From Escherichia phage AV123, in sequence record OR352953.1: DNA of 64,000 nt; one strand, 5' to 3'. The notes beneath the pieces were generated by a model, which saw nothing but the letters and a program-made list of their open reading frames with translations, was not told the origin of the DNA and searched no databases. Shown here piece by piece: positions 55,532 to 64,000 of this stretch (its first letter is position 1; the number at the start of each line of letters is the position of its first letter). Position numbers and translations under genes: made by a program.

Positions 55532-55921
55532 ATGCGCAACCTGGTTTCTGTTTCTAACGTTGAAAAATTCCAATCTTTACAGGGTATCGTTAACAACGTA
55601 GCGCCTTTTTTAGTCAATGGCTTGATTGCAAAGATGAAAAATAAACATCATGCGGCATGGTCTGCTTACTGCTTTGATAATGATGAAAAAGCGGCTGAAA
55701 TGATGTTAAATATGCTGTTAGACAGTGTAGAATCATCTTTACCGGAAAACATCGCAGAAGAGATCACCTATCGTTATAATATGGCGATCACTTACCAGGA
55801 GGTTGCGCAATTTAATATGATGGATGATGACGAACAACAGGATCAGGAAATGTTCTGGGAGTATGCAGATCGTCAATCGGCTTTTGATGAAAAGTTAGCG
55901 ATGTATTATAACGAATATTAA
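55532..55921 (+). CDS. Hypothetical acidic protein
   Basis: AAAAAGG leader then ATG 55532. Confidence 0.5.
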   Translation: MRNLVSVSNVEKFQSLQGIVNNVAPFLVNGLIAKMKNKHHAAWSAYCFDNDEKAAEMMLNMLLDSVESSLPENIAEEITYRYNMAITYQEVAQFNMMDDDEQQDQEMFWEYADRQSAFDEKLAMYYNEY

Positions 55922-55934
55922 TACACGGTAAAAG

Positions 55935-55962
55935 AAAGGGGCGCACTAAGCGCCCTTTTTTG
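55935..55962 (+). terminator. Hairpin terminator
   Basis: AAAGGGGCGCACTAAGCGCCCTTTTTTG. Confidence 0.7.
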
Positions 55963-56305
55963 TATTCTTTTTCACAATGGAAGCGACACGTAAAGAATAG
56001 GCGTAAAGGTGGCGTAAAACCATCTAAAACCGACTGTAACCGCTTAAACAAGGTAGGAATGATTAATCACCTTACCAGGATGAAAAAGCTGTTATAAAGC
56101 TATCTAGAGCGTTTAAAGCACATAGGAAATAATTTGCTTTTTATCTTGCCTTTTATCCTGCTTTTGATTATTATTATGGAACGGGCGGCACCTGGGGACA
56201 GGGGAAGATAATCACCGGAAGATCCCGCTATATATTAATAGCTAATACCTATCAAACAACAAAACATCAAAGGAATAAACTATCAAATCTTTACAATCCT
56301 ACCTA

Positions 56306-56365
56306 TTGACACCGGATCGCCCTTATACTAAGATGTATCACGTAAGGCGGGAAGTGGTTTCCCGC
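56306..56365 (+). promoter_or_regulatory. Promoter plus leader hairpin
   Basis: TTGACA 56306-56311, TAAGAT, hairpin GGCGGGAAGTGGTTTCCCGC. Confidence 0.55.
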
Positions 56366-56384
56366 TCAATATAGGAATCATATC

Positions 56385-56615
56385 ATGATCGAACAAATTA
56401 AACGCGCTGAAGCTATTAACGGCAATGTGATCTATTCTGTCAGCAATAACGAAAAAGGCGTACCCTATGCAGCGGTGATAGTACAGCCTGACGGTGATTA
56501 TTGGTTTACTGTATACGGATCTTATTCTTTTGGGCGTCCAGTACATGATAAAATTTTGAAAGTAGCTAATCCCACTGGGAAGAATATCACAGTAGAAAAA
56601 TTTTTTGAAAAATAA
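56385..56615 (+). CDS. Hypothetical protein
   Basis: AGGAAT leader. Confidence 0.5.
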   Translation: MIEQIKRAEAINGNVIYSVSNNEKGVPYAAVIVQPDGDYWFTVYGSYSFGRPVHDKILKVANPTGKNITVEKFFEK

Positions 56616-56690
56616 CTTGCTTTATAGCCTCTGTTAACTTATAGTTATCGTGTAGGGCAAACAATTTTAAACGGTAAACGAGGAATCACC

Positions 56691-57074
56691 ATGAGCAATA
56701 TCATCAACCTGGCGGCTACTGTAAACGGTAAAGACTTTAACGGCGCTGTAGACCGTGATCCTATGTGGTGCTTGTCAGTGTTTAAAGGTGACTTGGTTGA
56801 AGTTAGAACAACCGAAGGGTATAGCGATGATTATAAATGCGAGATCCATTTACACAACTGGTACACGGGTAAAACTTATGCACTGAATCATGCGTTTATC
56901 GGCAAGGTTGAATATAGAGAAATGATCGACGAAGAAACGGGGCAAGATTTTAGCGAGCATGTTTATATTCGTTCAGAAACATTAGCCGAACGTTTGATCG
57001 AGAAAATGAAAGCAAAAAATAAAATTAATTTATCTCATTGGATTGATATAACAAACGATCCAGCTTATCAGTAA
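56691..57074 (+). CDS. Hypothetical protein
   Basis: ACGAGGAA RBS. Confidence 0.5.
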   Translation: MSNIINLAATVNGKDFNGAVDRDPMWCLSVFKGDLVEVRTTEGYSDDYKCEIHLHNWYTGKTYALNHAFIGKVEYREMIDEETGQDFSEHVYIRSETLAERLIEKMKAKNKINLSHWIDITNDPAYQ

Positions 57075-57088
57075 ATAACATTTCAAAC

Positions 57089-57116
57089 AAGGGCGCTTAT
57101 TGCGCCCTTTCTTTTT
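57089..57116 (+). terminator. Hairpin terminator closing the island
   Basis: AAGGGCGCTTATTGCGCCCTTTCTTTTT. Confidence 0.7.
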
Positions 57117-57321
57117 ACCTAAATAAAGATGATAGCTTTTACCTATCAAAAACGTTCACCGAAAAAAGTGAATAGATCGCGGTATCGAGCTAATCAAGGA
57201 GCAGATGAACAACCATACCATGAAGATCATAAGGCGCTTACAACGTGTTTTAGACCGCTTATTTTTAATTTCTTCATGTAATTACCTGGCAAAAACAGCC
57301 TTTTTCTTGTCTTTCCTCTTA

Positions 57322-57397
57322 AATGATAATCATTCTTATTTATAGCTGATTATTTATGCAATAAATTGCATAATGCAATAATGAGAATCATTCTTAA
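57322..57397. promoter_or_regulatory. Fur-box-like sites flanking an 18-bp palindrome
   Basis: AATGATAATCATT at 57322-57334 (exact Fur-box core), TAATGAGAATCATTCTTA at 57378-57395, palindrome TATGCAATAAATTGCATA between them. Confidence 0.5.
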
Positions 57398-57689
57398 CTT
57401 AAGACCATCTAACCTATAAAATAATAAGTTATCTAACTAAATTAAAACTAATTATCTCACCTTTATTTATAACTTACTGTTACTATCTCATTGATAACAT
57501 TGTATTAAACAATAATAACTAATATAAATCATTACTAAGCTAAATATAATCTATCTAACCCTTAAAACTACAATTATAATCTATCGAATTGTTGCACAAA
57601 GTAACTATTAAATTGTTAGTAACATTACTAAATAATTCACATCCTATCTATTTATGATCTAATCTTTACCTTCCTATCTATTACTTAGA

Positions 57690-57737
57690 TAATCATTTCA
57701 TACAGTAACCATTTCATGTAGTAATCATTCCATACAA
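57690..57737. repeat. Three tandem 16-bp iteron-like repeats
   Basis: TAATCATTTCATACAG / TAACCATTTCATGTAG / TAATCATTCCATACAA. Confidence 0.55.
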
Positions 57738-58241
57738 TAACTATAACAAGAAATATAATTCGCAAGCGTATCATTAGCAGCCTATGCCGGACACATAGGC
57801 GGCTAATAATAACGCAACTACACACCCCACATAATAACCATCACCGATAGTTATTATTTGTGCTTATGTAGCTTGCAACAATTGCAAGCGCAACAATATA
57901 CTAGGGTATATTGTATCCCTTACATTGTTGCGGTGCGTTATTATTAGCTAATGTTTAGAACATTGGCTATAATATAAGCTATCCAATAATAAACATGGTG
58001 AATAATGACACTGATGATCATAATGCGCCACCCTCCAGGGGGCGCTATGTGAACACAAAGAAATCTTTCTTGTCAAGAAAAATATCACCATTATTGCGCA
58101 AAATTATTTATATCTGAATAGATGATTTTTCATACTATTGCCCCCTTGATTATTACCATTTGTTGAGCCTACTTTCTTAAAAGCGCAATAAAATAGAATT
58201 ATATTGATTTTTAGTCGGTTTTATAGTACAGAAAGTATGCA

Positions 58242-58455
58242 AATGATAATCATTATCAGCTATCTTCCACGGGTGGCACTATTTCACACCAGATCATTTC
58301 ATTTGGCAAGGTGTATATAGATGTTTAGACTTGCCAAGCCATTGATTTCCTTAGAATTTATCTGTTTTGTTGTGAGTAGTACCTTTCTTGCTTAGAAAAT
58401 AATCAAAAGTCTTATAAGTCATTGAATGATAATACAAATGATAATTATTCTCATT
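58242..58455. promoter_or_regulatory. Fur-box-like sites upstream of the 58.8-kb gene block
   Basis: AATGATAATCATTATC at 58242-58257 (16/16 to positions 4-19 of GATAATGATAATCATTATC); AATGATAATTATTCTCATT at 58437-58455. Confidence 0.5.
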
Positions 58456-58814
58456 GATATTTGAGGGGGACGGTCGGCAGAAATCGGGGGGTGCTGAAAA
58501 TCGCGTTAAGCACCTCTCGCAAGCGAGCAGTATTTTGCGGCAAGTTATTGATATTATTGACTTTACGCTTATGAAAAGGGGGTGTGTCGAAATAAATCGG
58601 GTATACCGGAAAATTTTTGTGGCATAGATATTTATTTGTCTATATTATGTACAAAGGGGTGTGTTAAAAATAATAGGTATATATAGAATAATTGATAGGG
58701 AATATCTATACTAATTCCTCCATTAATGATATTCCTATGCTACTGCTCTTGTAATAGATGAAAAGACGCTGTATGATGTGTGGCATGAAACGTAAACTTA
58801 TAAAGGAGTCTGAT

Positions 58815-59180
58815 ATGTGTGTTCCTCTTAGCAGTCCACTGCTGTTAGAATTTTACAAAGCATGGATGCAAGATCATTCCTCAATGCATCGTGAGAATGT
58901 TGGTTTGTGTATTTGCCTTATGGATTATCTGGCAACCACTATGTCAAAGAAAAAACCTACGCGAGAAGATATAGAACATTTCAAAATGGTTCGCAGTAAA
59001 ACGCTGGAAGAGATGAAATTGCAATTCACGTGTGCTGGGCTATCCTCCTTCCTGCCCTTTAATGATGATCTTCTGTGTTATGAAGATGAAGGTAAGAAAC
59101 ATTCTTGCCATACTAACCCAGGGAGATTGCAGTGGGTGAAAGACAGACTCGAAGATGCAAATAATGCTTGCATTGAATAG
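58815..59180 (+). CDS. Hypothetical protein, paralog family member 1
   Basis: AAGGAG RBS before ATG 58815; shares LLxFY, GLCxCL, LxPFN, RxQWVxDR blocks with 60961..61329 and 61953..62537. Confidence 0.5.
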   Translation: MCVPLSSPLLLEFYKAWMQDHSSMHRENVGLCICLMDYLATTMSKKKPTREDIEHFKMVRSKTLEEMKLQFTCAGLSSFLPFNDDLLCYEDEGKKHSCHTNPGRLQWVKDRLEDANNACIE

Positions 59181-59250
59181 AAATGCCTGTACACTGTGTT
59201 CCATAAGATATGCAATATCGCGCATAACAAACTACTAATGAGAGGTGTAA

Positions 59251-59568
59251 ATGAGAACCTTAGCTTTGTATATTGATCCTCACTCCATTCGAGAAATGCG
59301 AGATGTACAACAGGATTATGAATTCTACCCAGAAATTTGTGAACGCTATGAAACTATTCTTAGTTCTGTAGAAGATCCAGATACTAGTGAAACAGGTGTT
59401 TCCCACTTACTGTGGATGTTGAATGAAATTCAGGATGGGTGTAATGATATGTCTGAAACCAAACGCCATCGTTGGCTAGGCTATATTCAGGGTGTTATGG
59501 TTATGAAAAACCTTATTACAGTGAATGATGAACGTAATGCTACACGCCCCGTCTTTAATGGAGCATAA
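59251..59568 (+). CDS. Hypothetical protein
   Basis: GAGAGGTG RBS. Confidence 0.5.
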   Translation: MRTLALYIDPHSIREMRDVQQDYEFYPEICERYETILSSVEDPDTSETGVSHLLWMLNEIQDGCNDMSETKRHRWLGYIQGVMVMKNLITVNDERNATRPVFNGA

Positions 59569-59569
59569 C

Positions 59570-59785
59570 ATGAAAAGCATTCAGGTGTGTATTGAAAATA
59601 ATTGTGGTTATCTGGGATTGACACATGTTGCTTTCCCTCTTATGTTAGATGCCGATATCGCTTACAGCGGAGTTGCTTATGTGTCATTCAAGACAATGAG
59701 CCAAGTACCTGGCTGGAAGTGGGAAGTAGTTGATGTTGTTGAAGGAGAAGACTATGTTTTCCTTCCACACGAATATACTGTTTAA
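59570..59785 (+). CDS. Hypothetical protein
   Basis: Start at MKSIQV, 1 nt after upstream stop. Confidence 0.45.
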   Translation: MKSIQVCIENNCGYLGLTHVAFPLMLDADIAYSGVAYVSFKTMSQVPGWKWEVVDVVEGEDYVFLPHEYTV

Positions 59786-59799
59786 AAGAGGAAAAGAAG

Positions 59800-59976
59800 A
59801 TGGATAAAGAGACTACTGTGTACTTAGTAACAAAGAATACCCCAGGCTGGAGCCAATGCAGCACTGTACCTTACAAAATCTGTGCAACACTAGAACTAGC
59901 ACAACGTGCAGAAGCAGAAGTGAATGCCATGCAATACAGCTATGGTGAAATCATTCCTTTTACTCTTGAACAATAA
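59800..59976 (+). CDS. Small ORF (58 aa), not in track
   Basis: AGAGGAAAAGAAG RBS. Confidence 0.4.
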   Translation: MDKETTVYLVTKNTPGWSQCSTVPYKICATLELAQRAEAEVNAMQYSYGEIIPFTLEQ

Positions 59977-59987
59977 GGAGTTGTGTA

Positions 59988-60440
59988 ATGTTTGAAATTG
60001 GTAAAGTGTATCGTTTTAAAAACCCATCTTATATCCGTAAGTTTGCTAACGTGTCTGAGTGCAATAGCAGGATTGCTTCTTTTTTAGGTGATTCCTATTT
60101 TCGTGTATTAGATGTGGATGATTGGTATGGTGTCACTGCTTTGCAATCCTTAGCAGGAGAACAAGAAATTATCGCTCAAAATGAAGGAGACTTTCTTCAG
60201 TGTTACACGTTGCTTGCAAAAAGTGAGTTTGAGTATTTTGTAGAAGTTTTAGAGGAAGCACCAAAAAGTAAACACGAAGAGAAATACCTGCTTGTAGTGG
60301 ATGGAGTTCCGATCATGGAAACCATCTCCCGTGAGGAAGTTGAAAAAGAGGCGAAACGTTACAAGCTGAATCGTACACAGAGTGTAGTTGAAGTCTATTC
60401 TCTTGTTGGTGTTGCAGATATTAGTGTGAACATTGTATAA
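59988..60440 (+). CDS. Hypothetical protein
   Basis: AAGGAG RBS. Confidence 0.5.
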   Translation: MFEIGKVYRFKNPSYIRKFANVSECNSRIASFLGDSYFRVLDVDDWYGVTALQSLAGEQEIIAQNEGDFLQCYTLLAKSEFEYFVEVLEEAPKSKHEEKYLLVVDGVPIMETISREEVEKEAKRYKLNRTQSVVEVYSLVGVADISVNIV

Positions 60441-60651
60441 TATATGTGTAATGACAGATACATTCTTCGTGTATCTGATAAGTCCCCTATGTTTGACTGG
60501 CGGGCTGGTGGCTACTAGCTCCGATGCAAGGTCTGACAGACGTGGAAAAGGAGGCTTATGTGTATACAAAAGAAGAGATAGAAAGTAGCCTTTATTTGAC
60601 AGATAACATTAAGAATGGTATCTTTGAGTGTAAATTGAAAGGAGAGGAAGA

Positions 60652-60951
60652 ATGACTATTACAGAAAAACTGCGCTGTATTGCAAAGCAAAGTGGAGAAG
60701 GCTTATGGTTTCCTATTGAGGAAATTATTCAGGACTGTTATGATCAGGCTAAGACTGGCAAATACTCCAAAGCATTTAAACCATCTGTTTTCGGTTTGGA
60801 TGATTATCCAAAAAATGAACAAGCAAAGAAACGACAAGTTGATTTGATTGATCTGGCTATGGAAGCACTACGAGAGCATGGACTTAGTAAGGTGTATGCT
60901 TTAAACACCAAAGAGGGCTTTGTAGATTCAGTGATCGTAGACTGGTATTAA
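60652..60951 (+). CDS. Hypothetical protein
   Basis: AAAGGAGAGG RBS. Confidence 0.5.
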   Translation: MTITEKLRCIAKQSGEGLWFPIEEIIQDCYDQAKTGKYSKAFKPSVFGLDDYPKNEQAKKRQVDLIDLAMEALREHGLSKVYALNTKEGFVDSVIVDWY

Positions 60952-60960
60952 GGAGAAGTC

Positions 60961-61329
60961 ATGCAAGAGAATAGTAAAGTGTGTAGCATGAAAAGCAGCC
61001 CCTATTTGCTACAATTTTATGAGTGGTGGTTAGAACAAGAAGATACAAACTTTAGCAAAAAGCATTATGGTCTTTGCACGTGTCTTGTAGACTTCTTATA
61101 CAATATTGCTTGGATAAAAGATGTTGAGAATGTAGCAAACCTCCAGTCCTCTGTACGAGAGGAAATGAAGGAACAGTTTAAGAAAGCGGGTTTGAACCAT
61201 TTACACCCATTTAATACAGATTTCTCACATTACTTTACGGAAACAGAGTTAGGCATTGCACACCTTAACAAAGAACGTGTACAATGGGTGATTGATCGTA
61301 TTCGTGATATGGAGGAATACAATGGTTAA
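60961..61329 (+). CDS. Hypothetical protein, paralog family member 2
   Basis: AAGGAG RBS; conserved blocks as in member 1. Confidence 0.5.
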   Translation: MQENSKVCSMKSSPYLLQFYEWWLEQEDTNFSKKHYGLCTCLVDFLYNIAWIKDVENVANLQSSVREEMKEQFKKAGLNHLHPFNTDFSHYFTETELGIAHLNKERVQWVIDRIRDMEEYNG

Positions 61330-61540
61330 GTTTAAAACTTTCTGTGCGATTACTGTTTGCCTTATTCTTGCATACGTGTTATTCTCTGGTATCGTTCGTT
61401 TAGGCGAGTATATGGCAAGAGAAGCTCGTGAAAGTGCAGCTAAAAAAGAACAGTGTATTGTGTTCAAGCATCAAAGAGATGCTGAAAAGTTTCTCGCACT
61501 TGATTGTAATCGCTATGTATCTTATCAAATGTATGAGTAA
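61322..61540 (+). CDS. Small membrane-anchored protein
   Basis: GGAGGA RBS before ATG 61322; N-terminal TM helix. Confidence 0.45.
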   Translation: MVKFKTFCAITVCLILAYVLFSGIVRLGEYMAREARESAAKKEQCIVFKHQRDAEKFLALDCNRYVSYQMYE

Positions 61541-61549
61541 GGAGGATTT

Positions 61550-61774
61550 ATGGTAAAACGTCTGGAATGGGATGCGTGTACTGCTCACGCTTGTCACTGT
61601 GATATTGTTGAAGACCCTAATGGAGAAATGGTGTATTATGAGGATTACGAAGCATTGCATAATGCTGTGATCGCTTTACTGGATGATATTAGCTCACGCT
61701 ATCCAGGACAACAGTTTACGTGTCCACATATCCAACTGTTAGCCAAACTTACGGAGTATCCAAGTGTTCCATAG
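61550..61774 (+). CDS. Hypothetical protein
   Basis: AAGGAGGA RBS. Confidence 0.5.
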   Translation: MVKRLEWDACTAHACHCDIVEDPNGEMVYYEDYEALHNAVIALLDDISSRYPGQQFTCPHIQLLAKLTEYPSVP

Positions 61775-61775
61775 T

Positions 61776-61943
61776 ATGGGTATCCCTGAACAACTGCTAT
61801 TTATTGTAGGATTAGTAGGTTTATTGGCGGCTGGCGCTAAAGCCGCTTCTCACACGCATCACATAATGTTAAGATTTCTATTCCTACTCCCTTCTATCCT
61901 TGTATTATTAGTCATACTGATTGATAACATTTTTCACAATTAA
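61776..61943 (+). CDS. Small membrane ORF (55 aa), tentative
   Basis: Fills gap between genes; two hydrophobic helices; no clear RBS. Confidence 0.25.
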   Translation: MGIPEQLLFIVGLVGLLAAGAKAASHTHHIMLRFLFLLPSILVLLVILIDNIFHN

Positions 61944-61952
61944 GGAGAGGCT

Positions 61953-62537
61953 ATGAGTAAAGTTATACCAAGCAGTTATGAATTATTACAGTTTTATGTG
62001 TATTATATAGACTGGGTTAGTAGATCGAATGTTAAAGACAATGCGATGTTTAGTAAAAACATCTGTTTAACAGAAAGTATCTTCCGTTACTGGCACACAG
62101 GTAGAAAGTGTACACACAGTGAAGCTATGCGCATTGTAGGAGAATATCTGGAGCAATTGCAAAAAGCAGAGCTACCTGTCCTTCACCCATTCAATGAATC
62201 TAAAGAAGAATTAGAACAAGAATGTAGGGAAGGTAAGTGCCATTTGAATGAAAAACGTATCGAATGGGTGAGGCAACGTTTAGCCGATGCAGGGAATCCT
62301 CCTAGTGACTCTGACTATACGTGGTATGATGTAGAGGGTTTAGTTCAAGGTTTTGAGGCTTGTGCTATAGGTAATACCAACTTTGCCAAAGTTTTATGCG
62401 AGGTTTATGATCTGGCAGATAAAATCCGAAATCACGGATGGAAACAAGAGCATAAAGAATCATATGAACGCCTTGACAAGATTTTCAAACAGATCTATTC
62501 TAACCACAAAGAGATGTTCCAAATGGAGGATGTGTAA
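61953..62537 (+). CDS. Hypothetical protein, paralog family member 3 (extended)
   Basis: AAGGAGAGG RBS; conserved blocks plus C-terminal extension. Confidence 0.5.
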   Translation: MSKVIPSSYELLQFYVYYIDWVSRSNVKDNAMFSKNICLTESIFRYWHTGRKCTHSEAMRIVGEYLEQLQKAELPVLHPFNESKEELEQECREGKCHLNEKRIEWVRQRLADAGNPPSDSDYTWYDVEGLVQGFEACAIGNTNFAKVLCEVYDLADKIRNHGWKQEHKESYERLDKIFKQIYSNHKEMFQMEDV

Positions 62538-63223
62538 TGAAAGAGATTATGTTTGAAGGGCATCGTTACGAAGTTCCAGACAATGCAAATTTCATGGCTC
62601 GTGATATCACTGGAGATGTGTTCTGGTTTGAAGATGAACCTGTGTTTTCTTCGAACAAACACTGGTTTTCACAACAATCTTCTTCGGAAAATATGACTTT
62701 TGGCTACGTAGAGCCTAAAGTGCGCTGCAAAGCAGCTTCTTCTTTGGTAAAAATTTCCCAAGATGATCAAGAAAATACTCCAGATGTTGTTAGTGCACTA
62801 CTGAAATACATTGCAGAACTTGAGAATAAAATTAAAGAAGCAGAAACTAAGGTGAAAGCACGATCAGCCATCATTGAAGCTATGTCTGAACGTATCTTAG
62901 AGCTAGAAGATTTGTGTGGAGAGGCTTATCAAGTGGTCGGTGCACTGGCTTATGAAGCACAAATGTTTGAAACTTCAGAACAAGTTTCACATATGTTAGA
63001 TAATTTAAGTGAATGTAAAATGATTCATGATGATGTATTGCCATTTTGTTGCAATGTTAACAAAACAGAGCAAACAGAAGATTCAGAAACAGTTTATGTT
63101 CCGCTGATGTGTGTTCCAGATCATTTAAAAGGTGTATTCTCTTGTAAATGGTCACTGTTGAGCGTTACTAATTGTGGTGAAAACTATTCTGCCAACATTG
63201 AATTGCTAAAACACGTTAAATAA
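62537..63223 (+). CDS. Hypothetical protein
   Basis: ATGA coupling. Confidence 0.5.
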   Translation: MKEIMFEGHRYEVPDNANFMARDITGDVFWFEDEPVFSSNKHWFSQQSSSENMTFGYVEPKVRCKAASSLVKISQDDQENTPDVVSALLKYIAELENKIKEAETKVKARSAIIEAMSERILELEDLCGEAYQVVGALAYEAQMFETSEQVSHMLDNLSECKMIHDDVLPFCCNVNKTEQTEDSETVYVPLMCVPDHLKGVFSCKWSLLSVTNCGENYSANIELLKHVK

Positions 63224-63233
63224 GGAGAGTAAT

Positions 63234-63638
63234 ATGTGGTCTGTTAAAATCAAATATAATGCGCAGTATTATGGTGGAAAGCCTTACGAAGTTGTTATTT
63301 GTGACTGTATCTCTAAAGAAGTTGCACAGCTTTGTGGCACTGGTGTTAGTGAAGCTATGAACAAAATGCATAACTCGACTGTGCGTTACCTGGATCAAGA
63401 TATTCCAGAAGATGTAAATGACTATGCTTACGAAGTTATTTACAGTGAAGGTAAGAAGCTCTCTATTGAAGATGCACTTAAAGCACTACCTGCTATGTGC
63501 AGCCCAACACCAGAAGCAGTTAAAGAGATTTTACCAGAATCCAACCCCGATGAATATGCCTCTATGGTTGCTTCAGACATGTGGAATCTCTGTCGAGAAA
63601 CTATGATTAAAAATCTTGTGGAAATGGCGCATGAGTAA
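63234..63638 (+). CDS. Hypothetical protein
   Basis: AAGGAGAG RBS. Confidence 0.5.
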   Translation: MWSVKIKYNAQYYGGKPYEVVICDCISKEVAQLCGTGVSEAMNKMHNSTVRYLDQDIPEDVNDYAYEVIYSEGKKLSIEDALKALPAMCSPTPEAVKEILPESNPDEYASMVASDMWNLCRETMIKNLVEMAHE

Positions 63639-63849
63639 AACACACTTTATACATCCGTTTGATCCAAAGAACAAGGCGGTTATACACCGCCGTTGGACTG
63701 AAACGCGCATTACAAAATGTCCTGTGCCAGCAGCACAGGAATATAACAAAACATATAAAGCAGAATTTGTGGAGTACACCTTTGTAAATAACAAAGGGAA
63801 GGAGGTTTATGTTCCAGAATACTGCCTTTGGATAAAATGGGAGGAATAA
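63631..63849 (+). CDS. Hypothetical protein
   Basis: Start at MSKTHF overlapping upstream stop. Confidence 0.4.
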   Translation: MSKTHFIHPFDPKNKAVIHRRWTETRITKCPVPAAQEYNKTYKAEFVEYTFVNNKGKEVYVPEYCLWIKWEE

Positions 63850-64000
63850 TGCAAACATTTTTTATCGACAAGTTCAATAAAAGTATGAATACGTGGATGG
63901 CAACATTCACTATGCAATTTGCGTCATTTAAAGAAGCTCAAGAATGGTGCGATCAACACAAGGATTTTGATTTTTACTATCAAGTTAATGCAAACCTTTC
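63849..64000 (+). CDS. Hypothetical protein, 3' end outside window
   Basis: GGAGGAATAATG start overlapping upstream stop; frame open to window end. Confidence 0.45.
   Translation, partial: MQTFFIDKFNKSMNTWMATFTMQFASFKEAQEWCDQHKDFDFYYQVNANL

Noticed and set aside
47548-56365. Could the repeated GC-rich hairpins be a CRISPR array?
   Set aside because: The repeats are imperfect, each is preceded by a -35/-10 promoter, and the intervening segments are 200-600 bp protein-coding genes of varied length with RBSs, not uniform short spacers.
55812-56546. Track ORFs 55812..56051 (-) and 56328..56546 (-)
   Set aside because: Antisense to well-supported + strand genes and promoter cassettes; no RBS.
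46395-58455. Asserting that the palindromes are host Fur sites
   Set aside because: Only sequence similarity supports this; several copies have G at the position where the Fur consensus has T (GAGAAT vs GATAAT), so a phage-encoded regulator of similar specificity is equally possible. Reported as Fur-box-like only.
45962-58757. tRNA or other structured RNA genes in the large non-coding regions
   Set aside because: No cloverleaf with a GTTCGAATC-type T-loop was recognisable by eye; it cannot be excluded without tRNAscan-SE or Infernal.
1-64000. Integrase, att sites or prophage boundaries
   Set aside because: No tyrosine or serine recombinase motifs were seen in any translation, and the gene content (own DNA polymerase, primase-helicase, NrdDG) indicates a virulent phage.

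Overview
This window reads as about 64 kb of a large virulent dsDNA phage genome: AT-rich, densely packed with ORFs led by strong Shine-Dalgarno sites, many hairpin terminators, and no integrase, rRNA, tRNA or CRISPR recognisable by eye. All calls are from reading the sequence and ORF translations; no database search was run. Layout: (1) 1-4.7 kb, + strand: tail-fibre genes, including a collagen-like fibre and a large tail protein with an esterase-like motif. (2) 4.7-40.9 kb, - strand: a long replication, nucleotide-metabolism and accessory block. It holds a beta-class DNA methyltransferase, an SSB-like protein, a family-A DNA polymerase, a T7 gp4-like primase-helicase, four glycosyltransferases, a secreted SleB-like cell-wall hydrolase, a Ter-type cluster (TerD, vWA, TelA-like, TerC), an OARD1-type macro domain overlapping a PRTase and a HAD hydrolase, a P-loop ATPase, NrdD/NrdG, a YqeY-domain protein, a MazG-like protein and a UvrD-like helicase. 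(3) 40.9-46.0 kb, + strand: small genes, a second paralogous P-loop ATPase, a zinc-finger/T5orf172-like protein and a NADAR-domain protein. (4) 46.0-57.1 kb: a GC-richer island of about 30 small + strand genes. Most have their own sigma70-like promoter followed directly by a GC-rich leader hairpin (PeSL-like cassettes, at least 15 copies). The island is bounded by AT-rich non-coding regions carrying Fur-box-like palindromes, tandem repeats and iterons. (5) 58.8-64 kb: tightly packed early-type small genes, including a three-member paralog family. The most interesting candidates are the phage-borne Ter / macro / PRTase / HAD module, the PeSL-cassette island with its Fur-box-like flanks, and the duplicated P-loop ATPase.
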